This document shows, piece after piece, positions 1 through 15,109 of a stretch of 64,000 nt of DNA; positions within the stretch are counted from its first letter, which is position 1; every line of letters starts with the position of its first letter. The DNA lies in contig NC_043005.1 of the NCBI RefSeq assembly GCF_006345805.1, forward strand, positions 26,164,001-26,228,000, read 5' to 3'. Under the pieces are notes generated by a model. It was not told the origin of the DNA and did not search any database. It saw nothing but the letters and a program-made list of their open reading frames with translations. The stretch comes from Octopus sinensis (Eukaryota). The translations under genes and the position numbers were made by a program.

Positions 1-495
1 TTTACTGATTTTAACCCACGCTGGTGGAAAAGGGTGAGCAGAATTCTTCGCTTGCATATTTTGGGTTTGCTGGCACTGTTAGTTTCGAGCAGATCTTCAG
101 AAGCGATAAGAAGCCGACGGGTATGCTCCCACTTTCAGTGTTTTCAAATCCAATCCAGGAGTTCTGAGCTGATGATAGAAATGTCGAGTTGACTAATCTT
201 GAAACGTACGTTCTCAAATACCTTTGCATTTGATTTTTTAATGTCTTTACCCCCATACTTTCGTGAGTTGAATTGAGCAAACACTATATGAGAGAGATTT
301 TCTTTAAGTATTAGAAATAGTTTTAAAAAAGTTTTTTTAGCTACTATTTCTAATGAGTTCAGTATGTGGCAAAGTAATTTATTTTACTAAGCCCTTTTAT
401 ATAATGTAATAATTTGAATTCGCCTTAAATGGTCCCTTTACATACTGAATACTTGGTGAATTGATTAATAATTAATTATTTTACCCTCATTGTTG

Positions 496-569
<74 letters not shown>

Positions 570-580
570 CATATATATTA

Positions 581-625
<45 letters not shown>

Positions 626-684
626 TGTATATATTATATATAGAGAGAGAGAGAGATAATAGATATATAGATAGATATAGATAC

Positions 685-733
<49 letters not shown>

Positions 734-812
734 ATATATATGTATATAATATATATAATATATCATATTGGTGGCTAATTTACAATTTTACAACCTAAAG
801 GCAGAAATATAT

Positions 813-1221
813 ACGTCACTAAAGTGAACAAGGGCACTAAACTGCATAAGTATTGTTAGGAACAAGAATCAAAACAGCTCAACAGCCAGAAAGACACTAT
901 CTTAATGAGCTGACAAGGGAGACAAACCACCTACGGTCGCAGACAGAACTAGATCACCGGTGATTTCAGCAGAAATCTTATGAGCTGACAAGAAGAGATG
1001 AGTTTAACCCTAGGCGCAGTGAGAGCCACTGATGAGCATTAAGATGCGTTAAGCATCAGAATGCGAACTCATCGGTGATCTAGCTCTATACGCAACCGTT
1101 AGGGAGGTTGTCTCCCTTGTCAGCTCATTAGGATAGTACTTTTTGTGGCTGTTGAGCTGCTTTGATTTTTGTTTCTAGCAATACTTGTGCTTATTAATGC
1201 CCTTGTTCACTTTAATAACGT
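813..1221. repeat. Long imperfect foldback (inverted-repeat) element, ~410 bp
   Basis: AAAGTGAACAAGGGCA (821-836) is mirrored by TGCCCTTGTTCACTTT (1198-1213). Arms align inward to CTAGATCACCG (949-959) / CGGTGATCTAG (1073-1083), with mostly transition differences. Confidence 0.85.
997..1073 (+). ncRNA. Decayed type III hammerhead-like motif at the apex of the foldback
   Basis: GATGAG-T-T, then degenerate stem I (TAACCCT/AGAGCCA), CTGATGA (1029-1035), stem II GCATT/AATGC enclosing GATGC/GCATC, then GAA-CTCATC. One A of GAAAC is missing. Confidence 0.5.
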
Positions 1222-2250
1222 GTACACACACACACACATATATATATATATACATACATATATACATATATACATATATATATAATGTGCATGTGCGTGT
1301 GTATGTATGTATGTATGTAGGTGTGTGTGTGTTCTCTTGTATATATACACACACGTATACATATAGCTATGTCTGTATGTATGTACAGTATAACACCAAG
1401 ACGTACATATGTATGCATACATACATATATATACACACACGTATACATATAGCTATGTCTGTATGTATGTACAGTATAACACCAAGACGTACATATGTAT
1501 GCATACATACATATATATATGTGTTTAAGTGTGTGTGTGTGTGTGTAAGATGTGTGTGTATCTGTTTTTGTTTAATTGTGTATTATATTGCTGACGTCAA
1601 GTGACGCAGAATCGATAGCAGAGATAAAAATTTTAAAAAAACACTAATGAATACAACAAAAACAAAATAAAATTAAAACTAAAGGAAGAAAATCTATAAA
1701 TGATTACAAAATAAAAACAAAAACAAAAAATAAATTTTAAACCGACATATTGAAGATGCATCACCAACAGAATGAAGGTGCAAAGCAGATGCACCGGATG
1801 ATCCTGGTGGCGTAATACGCTTTTCAGTTCGGCACGTTTAGGCTGAGTGTGTGCGTACGTACATGCATGCATATGCTTGTTAGTGTTTGTATACGAATGT
1901 GCTTATCGTATACTTGTGTATTTGTGCGTGTAAATGAGTGTACTTCGTATGTTTGTGTGTATATGTGTATATATGTGAATGTGCGTACATTGTAATTTAT
2001 TGTTTCTGTGCACGTGCGTTTATGCGTATGTCTGTAAGTAATTCCGTACGTTTGTGAAATATGTATACGTTCTCTTCTATTTTTAATTATTTGGAGTTTT
2101 CCTGTAAGGAAAGAGCTGGCTTCCAACAAATATACAAAGCTGTATCTTTGGAATATAGATAACAAAAGAATGTTAGATGCTGAACTTGAAAAAATTCTTA
2201 CATACTTTTACTGTTTCGCTTACAGATAGTAATACTGCTTGTATTAGTAC

Positions 2251-2336
<86 letters not shown>

Positions 2337-2539
2337 ACAAAGTGGAGTTGTAAGCTACCGCACGAGTGGAATTATATACGAAAGGAGGTTTGAAAATGCA
2401 ATTTTAAAAGATGTTTATTTACTTTACCGGTTTCACTCTTTAGAAAAAGATTGTCAAAAGTAACATGTAAAAGTTTGGTTGTGTTAATTATTGGTAGTCA
2501 CAAAATGCTACAATACATATATACAATCTTTGGTAACAA

Positions 2540-3035
2540 GAACATGCTAAGGCGAATAGCTTTTGTGGAATCTGGGTTCTCGAGGAGGTCATTTAGCTTT
2601 GCAGTAATTTTGGGAACCTGTACTTTTGTAATCCTTTCTAACAATTCGCGTAAGAGTCCGACAGTCCCTATCTGAAAGTTTTAGTTTTCTTCCGAAATTT
2701 TTTTCGACGAGGAGGCTTTTCCCTTTTTCTCAAAGGCTGCCATTACTTTCTAGACGGTACTTCTTGACACACCAAACAGTTTGTCTGTTTTCGTTACGCT
2801 AGCGCCTGCCATACAAGCACCAACAATTTGACCTCTCTGAAAGTCCGATAGATTTGTCATTTTAATGAATTTTAAGTACCTTTTTCTGGTGATATCTGAA
2901 AAGATATCACCTATTAAAGAATACTAATAATAAATCAAAAACCATAAAAATAAACAAGCTTTTGATGATTTTATAGATATTTCAAAATTATGATGCTAGG
3001 AAGCTAGGTGTTTCCATTATTTTGTCCAACCCCTG
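2540..3035 (-). mobile_element. Tc1-family DNA transposon, 5' remnant (left TIR plus transposase N-terminus)
   Basis: Minus strand begins TA-CAGGGGTTGGACAAAATAATGGAAACACC. It translates to MTNLSDFQRGQIVGACMAGASVTKTDKLFGVSRSTV*KVMAAFEKKG...GRKLKLSDRDCRTLTRIVRKD, a Tc1 HTH region with a stop. Confidence 0.85.
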
Positions 3036-3523
3036 TATATTGGGACTATCTGAAGTTGTTTTATTCGTTCTTTTATTACTTTGTATTTCATTAAAATTTT
3101 TATCAATTATTTTCATAACATCTTTTATTTTCTGTCTTGAATCATGTATGTGTAAAGTTTTGTGGCCCTCATCCAATTTTCCTTTTCCCCATAATCCTTT
3201 CCTTTTAACAGACCGAGGGACTTCACCTCGTGTGATTTGGAGTAGAAAAATTCGTAGAACCGCTGTGATTGGACTATGCACGATTAGTATGTGAACAGGA
3301 AATGTGTGTTTGTTGTGTTCCAAGTGTGAATAAATATTATGTATAAAGTATGTATAATTGCGCAACAGAAACATCTGCGCTTGACTTGATAGATGTAACA
3401 GCGAAGTTTCCTCATATTACATATTACCAACTAAAACAAGGAAGCAAAATAGGATAATGTAGTTCTAAATACTCCTAAATTTTAGGGTGGCCACGACAGG
3501 AACGCCTTTGATTGTAAACTGTT

Positions 3524-3589
3524 CAAGGCGTAGTGGTTAAGAGCGCGGACTACTAACCCCAAGATTCCGAGTTCGATTCCAAGCAGTAA

Positions 3590-3594
<5 letters not shown>
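3524..3594 (+). mobile_element. tRNA-like head of the tRNA-(AAT)n-hammerhead element (split copy, 5' half)
   Basis: A-box AGGCGTAGTGG (3526-3536) and B-box GAGTTCGATTCC (3569-3580), followed by (AAT)n/(GAA)n. Homologous to the heads at 32029-32105 and 52831-52910. Confidence 0.85.
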
Positions 3595-3625
<31 letters not shown>

Positions 3626-3742
3626 GAAGAAGAAGAAGAAAAGAAGAAGAAGAGAAGAAGAAGAAGAAGAAGAAGAAGAAGAAGAAGAAGAAGAGAAGAA
3701 GAAGAAGAAGAAGAAGAAGAAGAAAAGAAGAAGAAGAAGAAA

Positions 3743-6700
3743 TAACACCGGAGGACGTTTAAGATGTAAGAAGGAAAATACAGAGCTCCGAAATCTATCC
3801 ACAAACATCGAAAACAAGGACATCCTATGGAGCCAAAGATTTACTAACAAAGAATTGGACTGTATCCGAGTAAGTAATACTAATTGAAATTTATTACTAT
3901 TTTCGAAACGAAATGATGTATTTTGACTCGATATCATCTCCACCTCTAACACAACACATGTAAACATGCGTGGAACATCACGATCATCCCCGACCCCAAA
4001 CACCATGTACAAAGGAACTACGAAGAAATTAAATGCCACCGATACTATTCAACCCAAGAATAACAATCGAGCGGTACGTACATTAAACTTACAACAAAAA
4101 ATGTACGAAAAACTACACGTGCGAAATAATGTGACAACAGAAATAAACGGACCGGTACCCTACGAAAATGACGACCGTCAAAATAATGGGCCGGAAGTTG
4201 TACCTCATGTCCCGCAAATAAAACCCAAAAGACGTAAATGGATACGTGAGGAATACATTTCTATCTTACACGCATACTTCACAGCAGTGCTCTACCCACA
4301 AAATGAAAATACAACAACACATACATATAAAATATGGAAGGAAAATAATAGAGATATAGACTTGGATACAGCAATGAACCCTAATAAATTAGCTAACGTA
4401 CGAAGATACATTCTCAACACAAAAAAAATATCAGAAATAGAGATAGAACATCTAAAAGAAAAATACACCAGGAAAATGTAGATAGAAGCCACACAACAAT
4501 GCCCAATAATATAAACACTGAAACTGTAAAACACGAAGACAAACGCAACATTCCCAACAAACACGATGTAAACAACGAAGGGGAGCCTAATGATTATGAT
4601 AATATAAAAAATAAAATAATCAAAGAACTGAAAACCACAGAGCTCAAAATGGACCACCGACCATACCTCCCAAGAATCAAAATAAACGAAATAACAACAC
4701 CAATTATAAACAGCATAAACCTAACCGTCACGGAACTAATAGCCACTGAAACAAAAAAAAGTGATATCACTGAGCTAAATGACTTAATATACGCAGCAGC
4801 CACTGCAGCCACAAAAGAAGCTGGATACTCAATCAAACCCGTCCAAACAGGAGTACCACCACCCAAACAAACCCTATGGATAAATGACATCCAAAACAAA
4901 ATTTTAAAAAATTAGAAAAGACCTGTCGATTCTTAATGAAATCAGCAAACAATCAACGCTACTGAGCAACAAAAAGAAAACAAAAATACTCCGCAAATAT
5001 AACATCACAGAGAAAGATTTGCCTGAGATAAAAGAAAAGCTGAAGCAAGATATCCTTGCCAAAGCGCAAAGGATCCGCCGGTACGAGAAACGCCAACGCT
5101 TCTTTGAACAAAACAAAAAGTTCAACTCCAACCCCAAACAGTTCTACCAAGAACTGGGCAAAAATAAAATAGAAGTCACTGCAGCACCAACGGCAGAAGA
5201 ATTGGAAGAATTCTGGAGAGAAATATGGTCGGCGAACGAACAATCAAAATAACAAACTCGGCATCTGAACAACTTTGGACCCCCATAACAACTGAAGAGG
5301 TCACCCAGGCACTGCAAAGACTAAGCAACTAGAAGGCACCTGGGCATGACAAGATTCCCAACTTCTGGTTGAAATATCTAACAGGAATGCACAAAAAGCT
5401 GGCTGAAAACTTTAACAACATACTAGCAGAGCCAGAGACAATGCCTGAATGGCTCACGAAGGGGAAAACCATCTTAATTCCCAAATCAAATGAAACAGCA
5501 AAACCAGAAAACTACAGACCAATAACCTGCCTCCCTACTATGTTCAAGGCATTTACTGCAGTGATATCGCAAAGGCTGAACAAGCACCTGGACGAAAACA
5601 AACTGTTCCCAGAAGAGCAGAAAGGATGCCGCAAAGGCTCATATGGCTGTAAAGATCAACTAATGATTAATAAAGCCATAACTGAAGACAGCCACAGAAA
5701 GAAGAAAAGCCTCAGTATGGCCTGGATTGACTACAAAAAGGCGTTTGATAGCATCCCCCACACATGGATCCTCGAAACACTAGCCATTAACAAAGTAGCA
5801 CCAACAATCATAAAATTCATAGAGCACTCTATGAATAAATGGCAAACATTAAAAGAGGAATATTCCAGGGAGACACGCTCTCTCCACTTCTTTTCTGCTT
5901 GGCACTGACACCTCTATCTGATATGCTAAATAGAACTGGATGCGGATATAAATGTTACGGCAAAACGATCAGCCACATTTTACATATGGATGACCTAAAA
6001 CTATACGCTGCAAATGACAAACAGCTGGAAACACTATTAGATACAGTTCATGGATTTACCAAAGAAATAGATAAGAAATTTGGATTAGAAAAATGCGCCA
6101 AAGTAACCATGAAAAGAGGAAAACTAGTTAAGAGTAACAACATCACACTAGATAAAACCAATGAAATAAAAGAATTAGACCAAAGCCAAACTTACAAATA
6201 CTTAGGAATCCATGAACTAGATAAGACACAACACACACAAATGAAAGAGAAAATAAAAAAAGAATATTATAGACGAGTTAGATCAATACTAAAAACAGAG
6301 CTCAATGCTAAAAACAAGATAATAGGTATCAACACTTTAGCTGTCCCAGTTATAAGTTACATCTACATATCCTTAACTGGACACGAATGAACTGACCAAA
6401 ATAGATAGGAAAACAAGAAAAATAATGACAGGATCTAGGATGCATCACCCAAAATCTGACATAGAAAGACTATCTATACAACGTATAGAAGGTGGTAGAG
6501 GCCTTATACAGCTGGAAAACTACTATAAAATAACCACCATAGGACTGCAAAAATATCTACTTCAGAAGGAAGGAAAACTGATCCAGATAGCGGCAAAACA
6601 CGAGCAAAACAAAAAACTGTTCTCAGTATTTAAGGAAGCTGACAAATACAAACAAGAAATCATACCACCTAATAAACATGAAGAAGAAGAAGAAGAAGAT

Positions 6701-7633
6701 GAAGAAACAACAAAAGCTATAAAACAAATGAATCCAAACTAAAAATAAACAGCAACGAACCATGATAAACGATGGCAAGAAAAGCCCCTTCATGGTAAAT
6801 ACTGGACTAAACTAAACGCAAAAGAAATAGACAAAGAAAAATCCCAGCAATGGTTGAGAAGCTCAGGACTCAAAGCAGAAACAGAGGGATTTTTAATTGC
6901 AGCACAAGACCAAAGCCTCCCCACCAGAAATTACCAAAAACATGTAATGAAAAGAAATATTACAAGTAACTGCAGAATATGTGGAGATGGACAAGAACAA
7001 TAAATCATATTATCTCTAGCTGCCCAGTCCTGGCTAAGAAGGAATATATTCACAGACATGACAGAGTTGGAACCTACATACATTGGAAGCTATGCCAACA
7101 TTATGGAATAACAACAGAAAAAAGATGGTATAGGCACACACCAGAAAAGGTCACAGAAAACGAGAATGCAACCATACTCTGGGATATGCCGATACACACA
7201 GATAGAGAAATTAAGGCCAACAGACCAGATATAGTTGTCAGAGATAATGAAGAAAAAAATGCTTTCTAATTGACGTATCAATACCGGCAGATGACAACGT
7301 GTCTCTAAAAGAAATGGAGAAACTCTCAAAATACAAAGACCTGGAAATAGAGGTAACTAGAATGTGGAATCTGAAAACAGAAACAATTCCTATCATAGTA
7401 GGTGCATTAGGCATGATAAAAAATATTCAGACAAATACATACAAAAACACCAGGACTTACAAACACATATAACATACGAAAATTGCACTACTAGGCACTG
7501 CACACATCCTACGCAGAACACTTTCCATACATAACCATCAGAGCATCACAACAAATCACAGCACATACCCAGGCACACAGAGCTGCGCTCGGTAGTGAAG
7601 TGAAAGCACGCTATAAAAATAAAACTACTGAAT
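3743..7633 (+). mobile_element. Near full-length R4/Dong-clade non-LTR retrotransposon (RT plus restriction-like endonuclease)
   Basis: N-terminal KRRKW..EEY...NKLANVRR block. RT motifs YRPITCLPT, EQKGC, AWIDYKKAFDS, IFQGDTLSPLLF, HMDDLK, KYLG. CCHC CRIC...H...C followed by RHD, RPDIV, DVSIP, KYKDL. The 3' end runs into (TAA)n. Confidence 0.92.
3966..7534 (+). pseudogene. Fragmented RT-RLE ORF of the R4/Dong element
   Basis: ORF-track pieces 3966-4481, 4499-4915, 5019-5252, 5369-5908, 5839-6390, 6425-6742 and 6979-7269 are collinear parts of one protein broken by stops and frameshifts. Confidence 0.88.
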
Positions 7634-7721
7634 GATAATAATAATATAATAATAATAATAATAATAATAATAAAATAATAATAATAATAATAATAATGAT
7701 GATGATGATGATGATGATGAT

Positions 7722-7866
7722 AGTTGTGATGCATGTGCCTGGTGTAACCTTGTTGTGATGCATGTGCCTGGTGTACCCTTATCAGACGGGTAGTCATGAT
7801 GGATATACTGGGCTTCGTATATTTTACCCCAGTGTCACTTTGATGGCATGAACTGCTCTCTCACTC
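7722..7866 (+). mobile_element. 5'-truncated copy of an unclassified (TAA)n-tailed retroposon
   Basis: About 95% identical to the 3' end of 7970-8459. Ends CTCTCTCACTC-(AAT)n and has a ~30-bp duplication at its 5' junction. Confidence 0.7.
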
Positions 7867-8459
<593 letters not shown>

Positions 8460-8526
8460 AATAATAATAATAATAATAATAACAACAACAACAACAACAA
8501 CAATAATAATAATAATAATAATAATA

Positions 8527-8565
<39 letters not shown>

Positions 8566-8571
<6 letters not shown>

Positions 8572-8750
8572 CTTCGAAAATTACCTTAAGAATGAGAACC
8601 AAGATTCGAATTTTCTTCAAGACACCTGATGAAGGCTGGAGGGTATATCATCCGAAACGACGTGTTAACAACAAACAAGATGAGGACAAATATCCGTCAA
8701 AGGTAAATAAATGTAAACAATGTAAATAATGCAAATAAGGTAAATAATGT
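8566..8750 (+). mobile_element. Hammerhead tail of the tRNA-(AAT)n-hammerhead element (split copy, 3' half)
   Basis: Homologous to 52584-52730 and 31520-31675. Contains GACAC-CTGATGA-A-GGCTG..CATCC-GAAACGAC-GTGTT (8621-8666; U16.1 mutated) and ends in TGTAAATAA-like repeats. Confidence 0.88.
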
Positions 8751-9622
8751 TTAATGCGATGTTTAAAATTCTTTGTTAAGTGGGGGAAAACTGAAATCAT
8801 AGGAATTTCAAAGTAATAAGGAAAAGGATGGGTCCCTCTTCGTTACCTTATATTTACATTTTGGGGTAGGGGTGTCATTTTAACTTTTCTTGCCTTTTCC
8901 TTTCTCTCCACTAGTCTTCTATCATCCCTCTTCGTTTTCCATTTTCTCTTCAGTAATGCAAGGCGGAGAGATAGGTCTACTGGTGTTATCAAGGAAAGAG
9001 GGAACCCACATCAGGCTTCGTGGTAAGTTCTTGGAAGCGGATCCCACCAATTTGTCCCAGATTCCAGAACTGCAAACTACTAGGACGCTGAGAGCTGCAT
9101 GCAGCCCCACAGTCCGTTGTTGTGTGTGTTGTTCTTTTCCTTCTATTTTTTTTTTTCAGATCTTCCCACCAGACAGCCCTTAAATTACCTGTCTGGTCAC
9201 ATACGCATCACTCGAAGCACAAAAGTGCTAATAGAAGAAACTACGAGGTCGATTTATAAAAACTAACTTCGTAAAGAATTACGTCCTTCTACTTTTAAAA
9301 TCTACCATCACTGCATATTTCCTTCCCTTATTTAATATTTCATTCTATATATTTTCCTTCCTGTAAATTCTTATTTAATAACATGGCTGAAGTCACGAGG
9401 GAGAGAAATTGCAGTTGAGTGAGTGTCGTTTTGCTTTCCCCAATGGTGTTTTAAATGTGACGAAGGAAAACGCCAAAAAAATTGTGTAAGTATTTCATGA
9501 ATATTGTATGAAGTTACTTTAAAGCTAGAAACGACTTGTAACATGCTGGTCGTTGACTGGTCTTTATTATTCATGATAAAAGGAAGCCACATTGTCGCAA
9601 CTTATGCATGCCTATGTGTGCG

Positions 9623-9692
<70 letters not shown>

Positions 9693-9759
9693 CATATACT
9701 TATACATATTTATATAAATATATATATATTTATACATATATACATATATATATATACAT

Positions 9760-9804
<45 letters not shown>

Positions 9805-9827
9805 TACACCATATATACATATATATA

Positions 9828-9862
<35 letters not shown>

Positions 9863-10102
9863 TTATATATGTATACATATATATATATAATACATATACA
9901 TATATACACCTACATATATATATACATATATGTATACATATACATATATACACATACATATATATACATATATGTATGCACGTATGTATGTAAGTATGTA
10001 TGTATGTATACATATATCTTCTGAGTTCGCTTATATGAATCGTTTTCGAGTGCGCTCATAAAAACTCCTATGCTATACAAAAATTCTTGTTTTTACTATA
10101 TA

Positions 10103-10145
<43 letters not shown>

Positions 10146-10439
10146 CATACATACATGCATGAATACATACATACATACATACGTATATGCATACGTACAT
10201 AATTTGTGCCTTTATTTTCAAAGATTTTAATGTGAAATCGCATGTCCCAATAAATGTTGTATTTTGGGTACGTCATTTTGCCAATACAAACACGCTCACT
10301 GGTTATATTTCACTTCTTTTTCTTTAAATCTATCAATCAACTAATGAACCAATTACGACAGTGGGCTTAAAAGTTCATAGATTTGGCCCCATTTAACTAT
10401 CAACTGTTCCTTACCTTGGAACCGGCATCGCAGTTATTA

Positions 10440-10620
10440 TGACGTCATATGTTTTCTTGATGACTTTTTGACCAACAGGATGACAGCTTCTTCACCAATG
10501 GTATCCAAGTACTGCAACACCGATGGAAGAACTGTGTGGCTTGCAAAGGGACTATGTTTTTTAAAATGTTTGGCCACATTTCATGAGAATCTGTTGGTCA
10601 GCCTTTGAACTTTTCAGCCG
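10440..10620 (+). mobile_element. Mariner transposase 3' remnant
   Basis: Translates to DSFFTNGIQVLQHRWKNCVACKG(D)YV, the typical mariner C-terminus, followed by a TIR-like end. Confidence 0.55.
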
Positions 10621-10683
10621 ATTTTCATACTTAATCTGCTGCTTGAGCAATATATTATACGCTTCATATACATACATACATAT

Positions 10684-10768
<85 letters not shown>

Positions 10769-12139
10769 GTTTAGGAAACTCAGAGAAGCCTGTCGTATTT
10801 AGATACATATATACATATGCATGAGAATACATACATAAAACATACAAATCTGCACATACATACATATATGCATACATGCATACACACATACATGCATACA
10901 TACATACAGTCATACATACACACATACGTACAAGCATGCATACATACATACATACATACATGCATGCATACATACATGCACGCATATATACATACATACA
11001 TACATACTTGCATACATACATGCATGCATGCATACATACACGCATACATACATGCATACATGAATACATGCATACATACATGCATGCATACATACATACA
11101 TGCATGCATGCATGCATACATATATACATACATACATGCATGCATGCATGCATACATACATACATACATACATACATACATACATACATACATACATACA
11201 TACATACATACATACATACATACATACATACATAGTAACTGAGGAGTTTTCGTCAGGTGGATCAAACTGATAGGCATGCACTGAAATCGGTGTGCCTCTA
11301 AAACTCTGATTTGAACTGCAATTGAACATGTGATGTTGTGACTGCCTTTCTGAAGTTACTGGAAGTGGCTTCTCCTAGAGCAGGTAGGTATATATTAAGA
11401 CAGATATGAACATACAAACTGTTTGGCAAGGCTTTACAAGGACATTTAATTTAGATTTGTAATAAAAAGCTATACATAGTCTCTAACAGCTGTTTCTAGA
11501 GTATCCATGCTGATGGAACATCGTGCAGAGCGAGGATTCCATAGGCCACTATCAGAGAGGGAGAGATTAAACAGATGTAATAGTGAAGGAATATTACTCA
11601 TCAAGGATAATCATTGTAGTTCATTTTGTGTAGAAAGTGGAGAAATTTTTAATTAAAAGTCCAATTACAGTAACCTAAAGAACACTTATTTTTAATTGGA
11701 TTTCTACTGACGGACTGTTTCTTTATTTCGAAGTAACACTCTTGGACTTATTGTGCCACGCTGATTCTGCCCAAGAATTAAGTTAATGATACACACGTCT
11801 GTGGCATACTCAACCATTTAAGCGTTAATTCAATGAGTAGGTAATTCATCCGATCAATCAATTGACTGTACGGAGATCCACCGGTATGTAAATGTGTGTT
11901 TGTGGATGTGTGTATGTGTCTGGTTGAGCATGTTATTGATTGGGTTTTGATTTATGCGTGCAAACAAGAATGGCAGGAGAAAAGCACTGACAGACAGCTG
12001 CTTATATGAAACTTTAATAATATAATAGATGCCCAGAATACTTCACGCATTAACAGAAGATTGCTCTGCTAAAAGCAGAGAAAATGTGAAAACTGTAGAA
12101 TACTGTGTGGAGTACTTTTTCATTGATTTGGATTGTCTT

Positions 12140-12620
12140 TTGTACACAATATCATAGAGAGTTAAAGACAACCCAAATCAATTAAAAATATAGTATCAAA
12201 GGCCAAAATCCTCACGGTAATAAAAACAAAACCAACAGTAAAGAATGCGGAAGATTCCATTGTGGTCAACGTTTCAATCTGATAGGGAGATCAGAGACTC
12301 GTTTCAAACAAGGACAACACATGATAATAAAAAAGAACGTCACTTTTGCATGTGGAAGTCTAATCTATGTAATAACATGCTCAGGATGTGGAGAGCACCA
12401 CATTAGACAAACAAAATGATTTACGTTAACGAATGACCCTGCATAGATCACAAATTGAAATACGGGAATACAGACCAATAGGACTCGATGAACATATGAC
12501 ACATGTGCAGGTAACTATCAATCTAACTTTACAATTTTCTCTATAAATTTGGGGATAATACAACACAATGCCAACGATTTAACAAAGAAATGTCCTTCGT
12601 TATCAAATACCAACCACCGT
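12140..12620 (+). mobile_element. Penelope-like element remnant (linker plus GIY-YIG endonuclease, Neptune-like)
   Basis: NIIES*RQPKSIKNIVSKAKIL ... ECGRFHCGQRF ... LIYVITCSGCGEHHIRQTK* ... RMTLHRSQI. Confidence 0.8.
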
Positions 12621-12977
12621 CTAAATTACTAAGGCAGAGGAAGGGAGACAACAACAACAACCACCAGTCACAGTACTGTAACTCTTACTGGGTCTACCAA
12701 TACACTATTGCTAGGTTATAAGATGGAAAACTACTATAAGCCAACACCACTACACCTGGCTAGATTAAAGACTGCTATAAACCCTGTTACAACAACCACC
12801 ACCATTACCATGGCTACCACTACATTTATTAACTAGCCATTACTGCCAACTAACAACAGTCAGAAGGAAACTAAGCACAGCAGCATTTGATGTTTATAAG
12901 AAAAATTTTGAAATGACAAGACAGCTTTTATGAAAGCTTAATAAAATTTATTTCAATTTTTCCTCACATTTTAGTCC

Positions 12978-13038
<61 letters not shown>

Positions 13039-13231
13039 TCGGACAGAACCCGAAGCCATGTGGTTGCGAAACGAACTTCTTAACCTTACAGTCATGACTG
13101 CACCTATATGTGCATACATGCATATACATCATGGATATAGATAAATGTATTTGCAAGTATATACATATGTATATGTATATATCAATATATATATATAATA
13201 TATATATATATAGATATGTATGTATATATAT

Positions 13232-13312
<81 letters not shown>

Positions 13313-13387
13313 CTCCAGACATTTTGACACAAATATATATATTTTTTAACATTTAAGCCTTCTGTCGTTTTTTCACACTTTACTATT

Positions 13388-13427
<40 letters not shown>

Positions 13428-14217
13428 CTACCTGCATCCAGATTAGAACTGCATCTAGATTATGACTTCGGGATGCCCCATCGAGTGTCACATTTTATGT
13501 TGCTGCCTGCATTGCAGTGATGAAATCGTCTGGAAATAGATCTACTAAAAAACGATATATCGATCTTAAAAATCAATTCTTTTCAAGAAGGAAGTTTACA
13601 AAACAAAAAAAGGTGACAAAAAAAAACAGAGTAGACAGGAAAAATGACGGAAACAAAAGACAAATATCAGAAAGAGAACCATTTTCCTCATAGAGAGGAC
13701 ATGTGGCGTTCGTGATCTTTTGTGCTGTTCAATGCAGTCGAGATTTGGTTCATTCAGTTCGTTTTCGTTTCGGTTAATTTCAAATGAATGGGGGAAAAAG
13801 AGAAGCGGAAAGAAAAGAAAATGAAATGCAGTTTTTATATTATGCGTTTTAAATAGTAAAAATAATGCTCAGATGACAGAGAAAATATTTTTTAATTACT
13901 TCACTAAGCAAATTGCAACTAAGTGAAATTAAAAAATAAGAATATTATATTGATAAAAATTAAGAATTGAGTTAATAAATTAAGTTTTTAGTCTGGTCAC
14001 TGATTGCTATTTTTTCACAAACATTGGCCAGAACTGTATGTGTATGATACATACCTACGTACATACAAACAGATAGATAGATAGATAGAGAGAGAGAGAG
14101 GGGGGGAGAGAGATACGTGCCTGAATATGAGAAAGTACATGCATATAAAATAACTATCTATGTATGTTTGTATCTACATATGTATGTATGTGTTTGTGTG
14201 TGTAATGTGGTGATGTA

Positions 14218-14268
<51 letters not shown>

Positions 14269-14274
14269 TGTATG

Positions 14275-14305
<31 letters not shown>

Positions 14306-14354
14306 GTAATATATATATATATGTATATATATATATTCCTAATACAATTATGTA

Positions 14355-14386
<32 letters not shown>

Positions 14387-14387
14387 T

Positions 14388-14425
<38 letters not shown>

Positions 14426-14426
14426 G

Positions 14427-14460
<34 letters not shown>

Positions 14461-15109
14461 TGAAGATATATGATATGCATTATTATTTATATGTTATTTT
14501 ATTATTGAATTGAACAAATCTTAATGAATCTTAATCTATAATTTCCTATCTCTTTTTTTTTCCCCATATCTCTTCCATTACATGTCTACTGTAAATAATT
14601 ATTTGAGCAACACCTGTGTTGTTAAGCAGTTAATTACTTAGTCAAACCACTAATTAATTACTGCAACGATAATGAATAAGCATAATGATATAGGCGCAGG
14701 AGTGGCTGTGTGGTAAGTAGCTTGCTTACCAACCACAAAATGAGCTCTGCAGATGATAGAAACGTCTTGCCCAGTGAGGCAACATGTGACTCAATAAAAC
14801 TCCTGTTATTATGCGAGAGTTTTGTCACCTAAATCTGTCAGTGACTCCAGAATGCTTTAATGTCACGGTGCTAGGGGCCAAAACGCCTACAGAGCTGCAT
14901 CGCCACCGCAAGACATTGATTCCGGCATTCGGAGACGGAGTATTGCAGCTCCCTCAGTACACAAGTATTTACCCTAAACTAATATGGCTTCGGTTATAAA
15001 TAAACATGTACTCAGAGTAATTTGATAAACAATAAATTAATGTGGCTCTAAAATTTAATTCTTCTGGTTAAACCACGAAACCAAATGAATAGTTTAGCTG
15101 TATGGTTAA

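Noticed and set aside
11-280. 89-aa minus-strand ORF in unique-looking sequence at the window edge
   Set aside because: No recognisable motif, TTG start and no supported splice sites. It cannot be called without a homology search.
2415-2465. Hammerhead-like GAAACCGGTA with TACTT/AAGTA stem on the minus strand; similar trace at 12900-12960
   Set aside because: The CUGANGA box is unrecognisable. They are plausible PLE-terminal fossils but are not supportable as ribozymes.
3524-3594. Possible genuine tRNA gene (also 32029-32105 and 52831-52910)
   Set aside because: A and B boxes are present but no complete acceptor stem. Each is attached to the same (AAT)n-HHR body, so it is a retroposon head.
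11256-11383. Putative plus-strand exon (TTCGTCAG acceptor, AG|GTAGGT donor)
   Set aside because: All three frames contain stops and nothing links it to other exons.
14750-14770. CTGCAGA-TGATA-GAAACGTC hammerhead-like string
   Set aside because: No stem II and no stem I pairing; likely chance.
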